Assembly: GCA_963842085.1 (NCBI GenBank)
Contig: CAWJET010000002.1
Span: forward strand, 1,622,507 to 1,686,506
From: an uncultured delta proteobacterium
GTDB lineage: Bacteria; Desulfobacterota; Binatia; Binatales; Binataceae
Direction of reading: 5' to 3'
DNA: 64,000 nt
A program made the translations under genes and the position numbers. Below, one piece after another: positions 9,358-19,135 of the stretch. Below the pieces are notes generated by a model. The model saw only the letters and a program-made list of their open reading frames with translations, made no database searches and was not told the origin of the DNA. Each line of letters opens with the position of its first letter. Positions within the stretch are counted from its first letter, which is position 1.

Positions 9358-10578
9358 ATGTCCAAGGTCGGCGGGGCGTTGCCATCCTGGTACTGGCCGG
9401 TGGGCGTGCCGCGTCGTGTTCCGGTAGCACAGCAGCCGCTCGGCCGAGTGTTCCGTCAGAAGTTTTTGGCGGCGAAAGATCGCCCGGCAGTCGTATCTGA
9501 GAATTCTCGACTCAGTTATGCCGAACTGCTCGAGCAGAGTCTCACTCTCGCCGGCGGAATCCAGGCCGCGGGCCTCGAGAGCACGGTTGCGATTGCCGAT
9601 CCCGATCCGGTCCAGAGCCTGCTGCTCTGCATAGCTGGATTGCTCGCGGGTCGGTGCGTCTTTCTGGCAGACCCAGCTGACTCCGCGGAGCGACTCGTGG
9701 CTCGGCTCGCTGAGGCAAAGGCTTCGGCGCTCATCACGTCCGACGGCGCCGCAGTTGCGCAGGGTGGCGACGTCAGGATCGTCAAGAAAAGCGAGCTCAA
9801 GGGCACCTTCAGCGACGCAGCAACGGCGAAGCGAGCCACCGAGCCCGCGCTACTTATTCCCAGTGGCCGCGGGGTGGTCGCTCACTCGCATTTTTCAGCG
9901 TCTGCGATGGCTGCCTCGATGGCGGCTTTCATTCCCAAGTTGCGCGAGATTTCCTTCCTGTGCACCGAACCAGCGATAGGCTCGTGGGAAGTGCTTACCG
10001 GTATACTGCTTGCACTTTCGCAGGGCCGGCCAATTGCATTTGGCCGCGTCGAGGAGTTTGACTCCGGTGAGCTCGCTGAGTTTGCCGGCAATGGCTACCT
10101 GATTATTCGGCAAGGTCAGGCCGACAAAATGCTGATCGACGGGTGGGCACCGAAGCTGATTGGCCGGGCGGCCTATGTCTTCGTTTCGACCGGGTTCTTC
10201 ACGCCACGTTGGCGGCGGCGACTGGAATCCTTATACGACCGGCCTATATTTCCGCTTTGGGGCTTGCCCGAGCTCGGTCCCCTGGTCGCGTCTCATCCGA
10301 CCTGGCTTCCGCCGCATGGCCACGGGTTCCCGCTCGTCAACGTGTCGCTGATTCCGATCGATCCGGGAAGCGGCAAGGTTTCGATCGTGCCCTGGGAGAT
10401 GCTCGACGAGGCGGAAGTCGGCGTCGAGGCGCTCTCGGCGATGGTGGGCTACGTGGAAACTGCGCGCAACGTTGGGATCAAGTCCGGCACGGCTGTGAGG
10501 ACGCGGCAGGTCGCGAGCATGGATCATGTCGGCGTGGTTGCTCTGCAGGCAGACCGGAGAGCGGCCAATGCCAACTGA
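9358..10578 (+). CDS. Degenerate AMP-binding (acyl-CoA synthetase-like) protein
   Basis: DRPAVV...LSYAEL, WGLPE, GFPLVNV; P-loop eroded (PSGRGVVAHSH); C-terminal domain missing. Confidence 0.7.
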   Translation: MSKVGGALPSWYWPVGVPRRVPVAQQPLGRVFRQKFLAAKDRPAVVSENSRLSYAELLEQSLTLAGGIQAAGLESTVAIADPDPVQSLLLCIAGLLAGRCVFLADPADSAERLVARLAEAKASALITSDGAAVAQGGDVRIVKKSELKGTFSDAATAKRATEPALLIPSGRGVVAHSHFSASAMAASMAAFIPKLREISFLCTEPAIGSWEVLTGILLALSQGRPIAFGRVEEFDSGELAEFAGNGYLIIRQGQADKMLIDGWAPKLIGRAAYVFVSTGFFTPRWRRRLESLYDRPIFPLWGLPELGPLVASHPTWLPPHGHGFPLVNVSLIPIDPGSGKVSIVPWEMLDEAEVGVEALSAMVGYVETARNVGIKSGTAVRTRQVASMDHVGVVALQADRRAANAN

Positions 10579-11260
10579 GAGCGCCAATCTCTTCTTCGAC
10601 GTTCCCGGTGGGAGTCTTTCATTCGGAAACGGCGACCTGGATGTCTGGGCGGAACACCTAACCTGGTGTTACCGGATGATGGGCATCGCGGACGGCGCAA
10701 CGATCGCGGCTCAAGACTTCGGCAGCAGTCCCATTTCGTTTCTCGGCTCAAGTCTGCTGATGCCGGGGCTGCGGCGCGGAGTTGCCGAACGCATTGACGG
10801 ACGCTTCATTTGCCTTGATGCCTCGGCCGAGCGGGTCACGCTCACTCCCGCCCTGCTCGCACAACTCAAGGTTGATGCGCTGGTAGTCAGGGACGACATC
10901 GTCGAACTGTTGGTAGCCGAGTTGCGCAACAAGGGCTCCGCCGACCTCGCCAGGCAAGCGATGAAAACAATCGTGGTGTTTGGCGAAGATCCGCCCGCGC
11001 TCAACCCGGCTGGCACGCAGCCGTGGCGCCATCTCATGCACGTCGAGGGGGCGCTGCTGCTCGCACCCGAATGCGCACAGTGCGGATGCTTCCATCTGCG
11101 CGGCGGATTTTACGAAGTTGAGGGCGCTACGATTCGAAACCTTAAACTCGCCGTGCCGCCCTACGGCTTGTCGCTTGGTGAACTGATACCGGCGGGGCGC
11201 TGCGCTGCCGGGCCTGACGACTGGGGTATCCAGTTGCCGATTCGCCGCAGAGGCGTCTGA
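10568..11260 (+). CDS. Hypothetical protein, distantly PaaK-like N-terminal fold
   Basis: Coupled to both neighbours; DLDVWAEHLTWCYRMMGI and ECAQCGCFHL resemble PaaK segments. Confidence 0.55.
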   Translation: MPTESANLFFDVPGGSLSFGNGDLDVWAEHLTWCYRMMGIADGATIAAQDFGSSPISFLGSSLLMPGLRRGVAERIDGRFICLDASAERVTLTPALLAQLKVDALVVRDDIVELLVAELRNKGSADLARQAMKTIVVFGEDPPALNPAGTQPWRHLMHVEGALLLAPECAQCGCFHLRGGFYEVEGATIRNLKLAVPPYGLSLGELIPAGRCAAGPDDWGIQLPIRRRGV

Positions 11261-11265
11261 TCCTT

Positions 11266-12555
11266 ATGGGTGCTAACTCGACATACCCGCAACGCGACGA
11301 AGTCGAGGCGCTCTCCGCGGCGCGATTGACCGCTTGGCAGACCGACCGCTTGCGTGAAGTGGCAGACCACGCGTACCGACACGTTCCGTTCTACCGGGAT
11401 CTCTGGGCAGGCGCGGGTATCGGCCCAGACGCGCTTCGCTCTCTTGAGGACCTCGAGCGTTTTCCGATAGTCACGAAGCGGGATCTGGTACAAGCCGGTG
11501 ACCGCTGGGTAAATCCGCGTCAGGGCCGGGTCGCATTCAGCACTCGCGGTACTTCCGGGGATCCGCTGCTCGTTTGGCTGAGCGCAGAGGAGGAAGAGGC
11601 GTACATCCTGCCCACGATGCGTGGTTTTCGATGGGCCGGATTCGGCCCGGGAATGACGGCGTTGTTGATGAGTCCGGTCTGGCACCGACTCGCGGCGTGC
11701 GAGGCGCACGCGGTTGCGCGTTTGGGCGGGAGTTGCGCGTTCTTCTGGGGCAGCATGGGCCCGGAGTACCTTGAGTCGTTCTTGCGCGCGCTGTCCTCGG
11801 CACGACCCGAATTCGTCACCACCACCGCGCCGTTCCTCCTCTCCCTGATTCGACGCGGCACGGGCTCAAGGATCCCCTCGAACGAGATCTTGAGTGGGGT
11901 ACGTTCGATTTCTGTAGTCGGCTTGCCGCTCACGCCGCGGATGCGCGAGTTCCTGCGCGACCGTTTGGGAGTTGGAGACGTCTTCGAGCGCAGTGGGACG
12001 CAGGAGGGAGCCGCCCTCGATGAATGCCAAGCGCACACCGCTCCGCACGTGCACGAGGATGTCTGTTATCTCGAGGTCCTGGACGATGCTGGCGCTCCGG
12101 TCGCATCCGGTGTTCGCGGCCGGCTGATCGTCACCAAGCTAAGTTCTGCGGGCAGCATCTTCGTCCGCTATGACACTGGCGACATCGCAGCGTTCGCGCC
12201 GGGCCCGTGCCCCTGCGGCTCGGAATTTCGACGGCTGAAGATTTTTGGCCGCCCTGAGAGCAGTGTCTTGGTCGGCAGCCAGCGAATCACCGCCTACGAT
12301 GTCCGCATGTGTATCGAGGATAACGCTGACTTGGTCGGGCGAAACGTCTTGTTGATTCGCGAAGCGGATTCATCGGCCGGCGTCCTCACGGTCGCCGTCG
12401 AGGGCAGCGCCCACGATCAGGCGCAATTGAACGCGCGGCTCCGCGAGCGATTGGGGGTCAACGCGGTCCGTATGGTCTGGCTCGGCGACCTCAAGCTCAA
12501 TTGGGGCTTCCGACAAGTGCTCGACAGTAGCGAGATTCCGATCCCAAGGAGTTGA
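11266..12555 (+). CDS. Phenylacetate-CoA ligase / coenzyme F390 synthetase-like adenylate-forming enzyme
   Basis: HVPFYRDL, LERFPIVTKRDL, STRGTSGDP, VHEDVCYLEVLD, RYDTGD, CPCG. Confidence 0.88.
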   Translation: MGANSTYPQRDEVEALSAARLTAWQTDRLREVADHAYRHVPFYRDLWAGAGIGPDALRSLEDLERFPIVTKRDLVQAGDRWVNPRQGRVAFSTRGTSGDPLLVWLSAEEEEAYILPTMRGFRWAGFGPGMTALLMSPVWHRLAACEAHAVARLGGSCAFFWGSMGPEYLESFLRALSSARPEFVTTTAPFLLSLIRRGTGSRIPSNEILSGVRSISVVGLPLTPRMREFLRDRLGVGDVFERSGTQEGAALDECQAHTAPHVHEDVCYLEVLDDAGAPVASGVRGRLIVTKLSSAGSIFVRYDTGDIAAFAPGPCPCGSEFRRLKIFGRPESSVLVGSQRITAYDVRMCIEDNADLVGRNVLLIREADSSAGVLTVAVEGSAHDQAQLNARLRERLGVNAVRMVWLGDLKLNWGFRQVLDSSEIPIPRS

Positions 12556-12566
12556 TGGAGGCGCCA

Positions 12567-13670
12567 ATGAAGCTGATGCTGCCAACCAACTTTGATCCCG
12601 AACTCATCGCTCGAATCGCCCCGTTCAAGCCCGATTACATTTACGGAAGCCTGCCGAGCGAGGCTACGCTTCGCTCGTCACTGATGCTTTCCAACGCGAG
12701 CGAAGACGATATAGCACTTCATGTTTCACAAGCTGCGCAGCACGGAATTCGTCTCGTTTACGTCATGAATGCCACCTGTCTGGGGAACAAGGAATTCTCC
12801 GACGAAGGCCGCGGCCAGATGCTGCAGCGTCTCCAGTGGCTTGTCGATATCGGGGCGGCGGCGGTTGTCACGGCGAATCCGTTCGTGATGGAGCTAGTGC
12901 GCGAGAATTTTCCCGAGCTCGAACTGCACATCTCCGTCCTCGCCTCGGTCAATGATGCCCGCAAGGCGAAATTCTTCGACGACCTCGGCGCCGCGGTGAT
13001 CCACCTCGATCCTCAGGTTAATCGCGACTTCTGCCGCCTCAAGGCCATCCGCAAGGCGGTCGGGTGCCGTCTGTCGCTTGTCGTGAACGAGGGATGCCTG
13101 CTGAGCTGTCCGATCCGCCAGTATCACTCCAACATGATCTCCCATTCGGGAGAAAGTATCACGCAGCGATACTACGTGGACTACTGCTACTACCGCTGCT
13201 CGCTTATCAAGGCGAACGACGCCACCGAGTATGTCCGTTCACCATGGGTCAGGCCCGAGGACGTGGCAATCTACGAAGACTTGGGGATCGACCTCTTCAA
13301 GATTGCCGGCCGCGAAAAGATGGAAGAGGGGCCGAGTTCGCACACCGATTGGATCGCTATGGTCGCGAACGCGTACCACTCGAGGCACTGCGAGGATGTC
13401 GCCCGCCTCCTCGTCGGCATCCAGCCGCCTTATAAGCTTTTCGGCGGCGAGCCCGAGCCGTTGAGCGTCCGAATCGACAGTGCGGAGTTGGATGGCTTCC
13501 TGCGCTTCTTCGAGGACGACCATTGCATGCTCGATTGCAACCAGTGTGACTACTGCGGGAATTGGGCGCGGCGTGCCGTCCACGTGAGCGGCAGGCCGCT
13601 GGAATGCGCACAGGCGCTCGCTAATGACCTGCAGACCATTCGGGTCGGAAGTTATCGGAGTGGCAGATGA
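12567..13670 (+). CDS. U32 family Fe-S protein (UbiU/UbiV/RlhA/TrhP superfamily)
   Basis: YVMNATCLGN, LHISVLASV, VNEGCLLSCP, YCYYRC, WVRPED, FKIAGRE, C-terminal CMLDCNQCDYC. Confidence 0.85.
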   Translation: MKLMLPTNFDPELIARIAPFKPDYIYGSLPSEATLRSSLMLSNASEDDIALHVSQAAQHGIRLVYVMNATCLGNKEFSDEGRGQMLQRLQWLVDIGAAAVVTANPFVMELVRENFPELELHISVLASVNDARKAKFFDDLGAAVIHLDPQVNRDFCRLKAIRKAVGCRLSLVVNEGCLLSCPIRQYHSNMISHSGESITQRYYVDYCYYRCSLIKANDATEYVRSPWVRPEDVAIYEDLGIDLFKIAGREKMEEGPSSHTDWIAMVANAYHSRHCEDVARLLVGIQPPYKLFGGEPEPLSVRIDSAELDGFLRFFEDDHCMLDCNQCDYCGNWARRAVHVSGRPLECAQALANDLQTIRVGSYRSGR

Positions 13671-14197
13671 AGGCTCTCGATCTGCAGATCATTGTTTCGA
13701 TGCATATTCTTTTTGCGGCTGTGTTTGTCGGCTCCAATGTGTTTCTGGATTTCCTTTTGACCCGGCGTCTCGATCTGATTCCGCCCGGCCAAGCGGCGCG
13801 GCTCGGCGACAAGCTCGGGACCGACTTCGCTATCTTGAACTGGATCACCCTGCTGGGACTCCCGCTGAGCGGACTCCTGCAGCTGTGGCGATTGGGCCAG
13901 TTGTCGTCGTTTCTCGACCCCTCGTTCTTCGTCAGCGGTTACGGTGCCGCCCTGTTGACGATGATCACGATCTGGCTCAGCCTGGTAATAACCGCCGCAA
14001 TCTTGACCTTCTATCTGCGCCCGCGCGTCGTGGTGAAACTTCCTTACGATGCCACGCGTCAGCAGGTTGAGGGCTCTCGTACCGAAGCCGTGCGGTATGC
14101 GAACTGGATGCGGCGTCTCGCGCGCTACAACGTAATCTCGTCGATGGTCGCGTTAGTCATTGGCGGGTTTCTGCGCTTCGGAGGGTTTCCATTCTGA
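13667..14197 (+). CDS. Four-TM membrane protein (CopD/DUF4149-like)
   Basis: MHILFAAVFVGS start, four hydrophobic segments, overlapping start/stop coupling. Confidence 0.7.
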   Translation: MKALDLQIIVSMHILFAAVFVGSNVFLDFLLTRRLDLIPPGQAARLGDKLGTDFAILNWITLLGLPLSGLLQLWRLGQLSSFLDPSFFVSGYGAALLTMITIWLSLVITAAILTFYLRPRVVVKLPYDATRQQVEGSRTEAVRYANWMRRLARYNVISSMVALVIGGFLRFGGFPF

Positions 14198-14198
14198 G

Positions 14199-15221
14199 AT
14201 GGCAACTTCGCTGACAGAAAGTGCATCTGCGCAGAACGAGGCGCGCAGGCTCGGCGACCGCTTCGGACGGACGATGAAAAGGTTGCGCGTCTCTCTGACC
14301 GATCGATGTAACTTTCGCTGTGTCTATTGCATGCCCGAATGCCCGGTCTGGGTCGCGAAGGAAGAGCTCCTGAGCTTTGAGGAACTCCGTGAGTTGGTGG
14401 AAATATTCGTGACTCGTCTCGGAATCGAGCAGCTACGCTTGACTGGCGGCGAGCCGCTCCTGCGCAGCGGCGCCGCTCGATTTGTCACGATGCTATCCGA
14501 GCTCCGGTGCGAGGGCCTTCGCCGCGTATCGCTATCCACCAACGGCGTACTCCTGGCGCGCTACGCAGGCGAACTCGCCGACGCAGGGCTCGACGACGTC
14601 AACGTCAGCCTCGATTCGCTCTCGCCCGAGCGATTTCGCCAAATCACTGGCGGCGGCAACCTGCGCGATGTCCTGCATGGAATCGATCGCGCTCGCGAAG
14701 TCGGTCTGCCGGTCAAAATTAATGCCGTCGTAATGCGCGGTACCAACGATGCCGACGTTCTGCCGCTTGCCCGCTGGGCATATCGCGAGAAACTTCCTCT
14801 GCGCTTCATCGAGTTCATGCCGCTCGACAGCCGCGGCTTGTGGAATCGAGACAGGGTCTTCACCGAGCGGGACCTGATCTCACTTTTGAGCCGCGAGTTC
14901 GAGGTCACGCCGATGGCGCGCACCAGCGAACCGGCGAGTTACTATTTTCTGAACGGCTCTTTCCGCCTCGGCGTCATTTCGACGATTTCCAACCCATTCT
15001 GTGGCCTCTGCGACCGCGTCCGGCTCACTTCGGATGGGAAACTGTTCGCCTGCTTGTTCTCTCCGGCAGGCGTCGATCTCAAGCAAGGAGTGCGCGCCAA
15101 GCTCGATAACGACCATCTAGAGTCGCGGATTCGTGCCTCGGTCTTCAACAAGCCGCGCGGATTCGTCGAGAAATCCGCACTGGTTAACGGACATGCAAGC
15201 ATGCACGTCCTCGGAGGATAA
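14199..15221 (+). CDS. moaA: GTP 3',8-cyclase (molybdenum cofactor biosynthesis)
   Basis: LRVSLTDRCNFRCVYC, TGGEPLLR, RFIEFMP, FCGLCDRVRL, C-terminal GG. Confidence 0.95.
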   Translation: MATSLTESASAQNEARRLGDRFGRTMKRLRVSLTDRCNFRCVYCMPECPVWVAKEELLSFEELRELVEIFVTRLGIEQLRLTGGEPLLRSGAARFVTMLSELRCEGLRRVSLSTNGVLLARYAGELADAGLDDVNVSLDSLSPERFRQITGGGNLRDVLHGIDRAREVGLPVKINAVVMRGTNDADVLPLARWAYREKLPLRFIEFMPLDSRGLWNRDRVFTERDLISLLSREFEVTPMARTSEPASYYFLNGSFRLGVISTISNPFCGLCDRVRLTSDGKLFACLFSPAGVDLKQGVRAKLDNDHLESRIRASVFNKPRGFVEKSALVNGHASMHVLGG

Positions 15222-15226
15222 TCGAT

Positions 15227-16519
15227 ATGTATCGACAAAAAGTGTCGCGGCTGACTCTGATCGCTTCCGCGGCGCTGCTGGCGCAAATCGCAGCCATCAA
15301 ATTCGCCGCCGCCCAGGTCCGCCCGGGCGAACTCATAACTGCGCAAGACGCGCGCAAGGTCGAGCAACTGGTCTCGCCCGGCGTCTATCTCAGGGTAACC
15401 CACGGGATGAGCATGCAGATTGCGCCGAGCGAACGGATCGAGTGGCCCCCTCCCTACCGCGAGGCCACCGAGAAATATTCCGCGCAGGTCAGGCTCTCGC
15501 GCGACCATCGCAGTCTCGTGGGATACGTCGCGGGCCTGCCGTTTCCATTCATCGACCCCAATGACGCCGACGCTGGAAACAAAGTCATGTGGAACAACAC
15601 CTTTCGTCCCACTTCCACCGACGATTACGACGCGCGCGATTTCTCCTGCATCAGCGAGTACGAAGGGCTGAATCGGAAATATGCGCCGATTGACTACTAC
15701 GAGATGGGTCACTTGGCCAGCTACAACCTCGTCGGCCGAACCGAAGTCGAGCCGCTGCCGACCGATCCCGATTTCCGTACCAGCGGGCGGCTACTGCTGA
15801 TGGCCTTCTACCCGATGCTGGCGCCGGAAACCGAGCGCGGCCGGGGCTTCATAAGATATCGCTACGCCGATCCGGCCGAGGGCGACGACACCTGGAGCTG
15901 GAATCCCGGCAATCGAAGGATCCGCAGATACAGCGAAGCGACGCTCGGCTCCGCCGCTGGTCCGATTACCTGGTCGCTGGACAATTTCCAGGGATTTGCC
16001 GCCAAGAACGAAAATTACAATTGGCGCTTCCTTGGCGAGAAACCCATGCTCGCCTCGATCGCCGCCGGTCATGTGCCTGAAGTCACCTGCCCAACTGACG
16101 GCGGCGCCAGCGCCTGTCCCGAGCGTTGGGAATTGCGCCGAACTTATGTTGTCGAGGGTGTAGCTCGACGCGATCGAGTCCCACAGGAGTTGTTCGGACG
16201 CCACGTCATGTACATCGACGCTGAAGCGCAATGCATCGTGTACCAGGATCTATACGACCGTGGCGGCGAGCTCTGGAAGAACTACATAAGCTGGATGGCT
16301 TATCGCGATCGCTCCGTACCCGCTGCGCGCGTCGCCATTTACCCATTCAGACGAGTCTTTCAGGTAGGCGCCAGCATTGATGATCTCAAGGACGGATTCG
16401 CGACCATGTGCTATTTGCCCGCGCAGGACACTGCTGAGCACGAATGCTGGTATATAAACATGGGCGCCGTAGACAAGAGCTTTTTCACCGTTCAGGCACT
16501 CACTGCGGCCGCGCCCTGA
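15227..16519 (+). CDS. DUF1329 family exported protein
   Basis: Signal peptide; EATEKYS, GYVAGLPFP, RRIRR, WELRRTYVVEG, YDRGGELWK. Confidence 0.85.
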   Translation: MYRQKVSRLTLIASAALLAQIAAIKFAAAQVRPGELITAQDARKVEQLVSPGVYLRVTHGMSMQIAPSERIEWPPPYREATEKYSAQVRLSRDHRSLVGYVAGLPFPFIDPNDADAGNKVMWNNTFRPTSTDDYDARDFSCISEYEGLNRKYAPIDYYEMGHLASYNLVGRTEVEPLPTDPDFRTSGRLLLMAFYPMLAPETERGRGFIRYRYADPAEGDDTWSWNPGNRRIRRYSEATLGSAAGPITWSLDNFQGFAAKNENYNWRFLGEKPMLASIAAGHVPEVTCPTDGGASACPERWELRRTYVVEGVARRDRVPQELFGRHVMYIDAEAQCIVYQDLYDRGGELWKNYISWMAYRDRSVPAARVAIYPFRRVFQVGASIDDLKDGFATMCYLPAQDTAEHECWYINMGAVDKSFFTVQALTAAAP

Positions 16520-16562
16520 AGCGAGGACTTTGAGTGGCACAAAAGAGACAGGAGAAAAGACA

Positions 16563-17780
16563 ATGACCTATTCACATCTTGCGACTCCTTCGATCAAGTT
16601 GCTCGACCGCGCTGTCGGCGGGCATCGCCTCTCCGCCGATGAGATCCTGCGCCTTTACGAACTCCCCTCGCACGAGTTGGCTGTCGCAGCGCATGCAGTT
16701 CGGCAGCGCCGCACCGACCCAGAGGTGGCTACCTATTCGATTGGTGGCAATATCGACTACACCAACGTATGCGTGGTCGCGTGCAGATTCTGCGCATTTT
16801 ATCGCGCCAGGCACCAGGACGGAGCCTTCACGCTTAGCTTCGACGAGATCGCGCGCCAGATGGACGGGATCAGGCAAATCGGCGGTCTCGACGTTCTGAT
16901 CCAGGGCGGTGTGAATCCAGATTTGCCATTCACCTGGTATCTCGATCTGATGCGGTTTCTGAAATCCGACTATCCCGAGATCCACGTCGACGGATTCAGT
17001 CCGGAGGAGATTCTCGGACTGGAAAAACTTACCGGGCGCGATGCGCTGGATGTTCTCTCCGATCTCAAGGAGGCAGGCCTCGATGGAATGCCCGGCGCGT
17101 CGGCCGAGATCCTGGTGGACGAAGTGCGCGAGCGCTCCGCGCCAACCCGGATGAAAAGTGGCGATTGGTTCAGAATCATCGACGCAGCCATGAAGCTTGG
17201 GCTGCACAACCCGTGGGTGGCGATGGTCACAGGTTTCGGCGAAACGCTGTCGCAGCGCGTCGAGCACTTGATCGCGCTGCGCGACCAGCAGGATCGCGGA
17301 TTGGAATATTACGGCTGCGGCTTTTCGGCTTACAAGGTGTGGCCGGCACGTCTCGAACACACCCGCCTGCGCGGCCAGGCCGCCCAAGCTGCCGAGAAAG
17401 CGATCGTCAAGGACTATCTGCGTAACGTCGCGGTCGCGCGCCTTGCTCTGGACAACATTCAGAACCATCGTACCGTTTGGCGAACGATGGGATTCCCGGT
17501 GGCGACGCAAGCACTGCGCTCGGGAGCCAACGACGTCTGCGGCACCGGCTCGATCAACGCGATCAATGCTTGCATCGAGGCGGCCGGAAAGGATCTACCC
17601 GACCTAACCCAGGCGTTGATTCGCCAGGTTTGCGAATGCATCGAAAATGCCGGCGTCACCGCGGCGCTACGCGATCCTTACTACAATATTATTTTCCGCC
17701 CTGGCTTGGGGAACCCATATGCCGCTCATGGACCCAATCCTCCGCCCGCAGGTATGCCCTCATGCCCGCGGCAGCCATGA
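16563..17780 (+). CDS. Radical SAM protein, MqnC/MqnE/CofH family, divergent
   Basis: [48 protein letters not shown]. Confidence 0.88.
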   Translation: MTYSHLATPSIKLLDRAVGGHRLSADEILRLYELPSHELAVAAHAVRQRRTDPEVATYSIGGNIDYTNVCVVACRFCAFYRARHQDGAFTLSFDEIARQMDGIRQIGGLDVLIQGGVNPDLPFTWYLDLMRFLKSDYPEIHVDGFSPEEILGLEKLTGRDALDVLSDLKEAGLDGMPGASAEILVDEVRERSAPTRMKSGDWFRIIDAAMKLGLHNPWVAMVTGFGETLSQRVEHLIALRDQQDRGLEYYGCGFSAYKVWPARLEHTRLRGQAAQAAEKAIVKDYLRNVAVARLALDNIQNHRTVWRTMGFPVATQALRSGANDVCGTGSINAINACIEAAGKDLPDLTQALIRQVCECIENAGVTAALRDPYYNIIFRPGLGNPYAAHGPNPPPAGMPSCPRQP

Positions 17781-19040
17781 TCCGTAGGGGCTCCGGCGGC
17801 CAAGGGATAACGCGGCGGTTAACGAACGGACAATCGAGCAGCTCGCTTTTGCGTCTCAGAAGCAGATCGCGCAGAACCTGCGCGTTCAGATGCGTTAGCG
17901 AAACCCCGTGGCCAATACAGCCGACGCTGTAAACCGCGCGCTCGTCTCGCAAATAGCCGAGTGCCGGCGCCAGATCCAACGTGACCGAGAACGGCCCACC
18001 CCATCGATGAGTGATACGGACGCCTCTCAACGAAGGAAAGAGGAAGCCGAGGTGCTCCTCGAGATGACGCCACGCGGCTTGATTGCTATCCGCGTCGAGA
18101 CTGTTCCGGTAGGTCAGCCCGACCGGGCCGCCGCCCATCACCAGGCGGTTATCCGGCGTGCGGCGGTAATAATGAATCAGGTTGCGCGCGTCCTCTACCC
18201 CCTCGAAACCCTTCCAGCCGATCGGCCCCAACTGCGCGGGCGTCAGAGGCTCGGTCGCGATCATGTAGGTGAAGGCGGGAATCTGCTTGCGCCTTAGTTG
18301 CGGGAAGAGATGCGAGTAGGCGTTGGTTGCGAATACCAACTTCTGCGCGCTGACGGTTCCGTCCGGCGTCTTCAGCCGGAAGATGGGCTGCGATGTGATC
18401 TCCGTTACCGGCGTGTTCTCATACACCGATACGCCGAGCTTCAGCGCCAGCCGCTTTTCCTCCCGAACCAGCTTGGCCGGATTGACCAGCAGCAGGCGTG
18501 GCTCCCACATCGCACCGATATAACGCGGTGAGTTGACTCGGCCCTGACCGCCTCCGCGTCGATCCAGTCGATCCCGCCGAAACCCAGCGACTTCATCAAC
18601 TCCACTTCGTGATGGAGCCGGGCGACGTAGGCCGGCGCCGTCGCCACCCTCAAAAAGCCGGGACGAATCCGGTCGCAGTCCAGCTTCTCCCGCTGGATAA
18701 GATCGTCCAGCGTGTCCACCGCCCGCTCCATAAAGGCGTGCGCTTCCTTTAGGAACTGCTTTCCGCGAATCATCGCGGTCGTCCCGAAGCCAAGCCCGAC
18801 CACCGTCATCGCGAACGAACCATTCCTGCCACTCGCGCCGTGCCCGATCGTGCGGGCCTCCAGCACCGCGACTTTCAGCGCAGCATCGGCGCGTCTCAGT
18901 TCGCAGGCCGTCGCAATCCCGGTAAAGCCGCCGCCGATCACCGCGACATCGACCGCGATATCGCCCCTGAGCGAAGGCTCGGGCGTATACGGCCCGTAGG
19001 CATCGAGCCACAGCGACAAAGGTGAATCGGGTAATCGCAT
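17689..19040 (-). pseudogene. FAD-dependent oxidoreductase (PuuB/DAO family), 1-nt frameshift near 18540
   Basis: [11 protein letters not shown] and GASGRNG in one frame; ATNAYS, HRWGG, GCIGHGV in the next frame; may be an assembly error. Confidence 0.85.
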
Positions 19041-19135
19041 GGAGTCCTCCTGCTGTCGTCTCCCGCGCGTTCCACCCCGTGCCCGTACGCGGCGAGATGC
19101 GCCCCCTCGAAGACAGTCTTCTGTATGCGCAGCGC

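Noticed and set aside
16563-17780. Assigning the symbol mqnC
   Set aside because: C-terminal motifs diverge and no mqn context is present.
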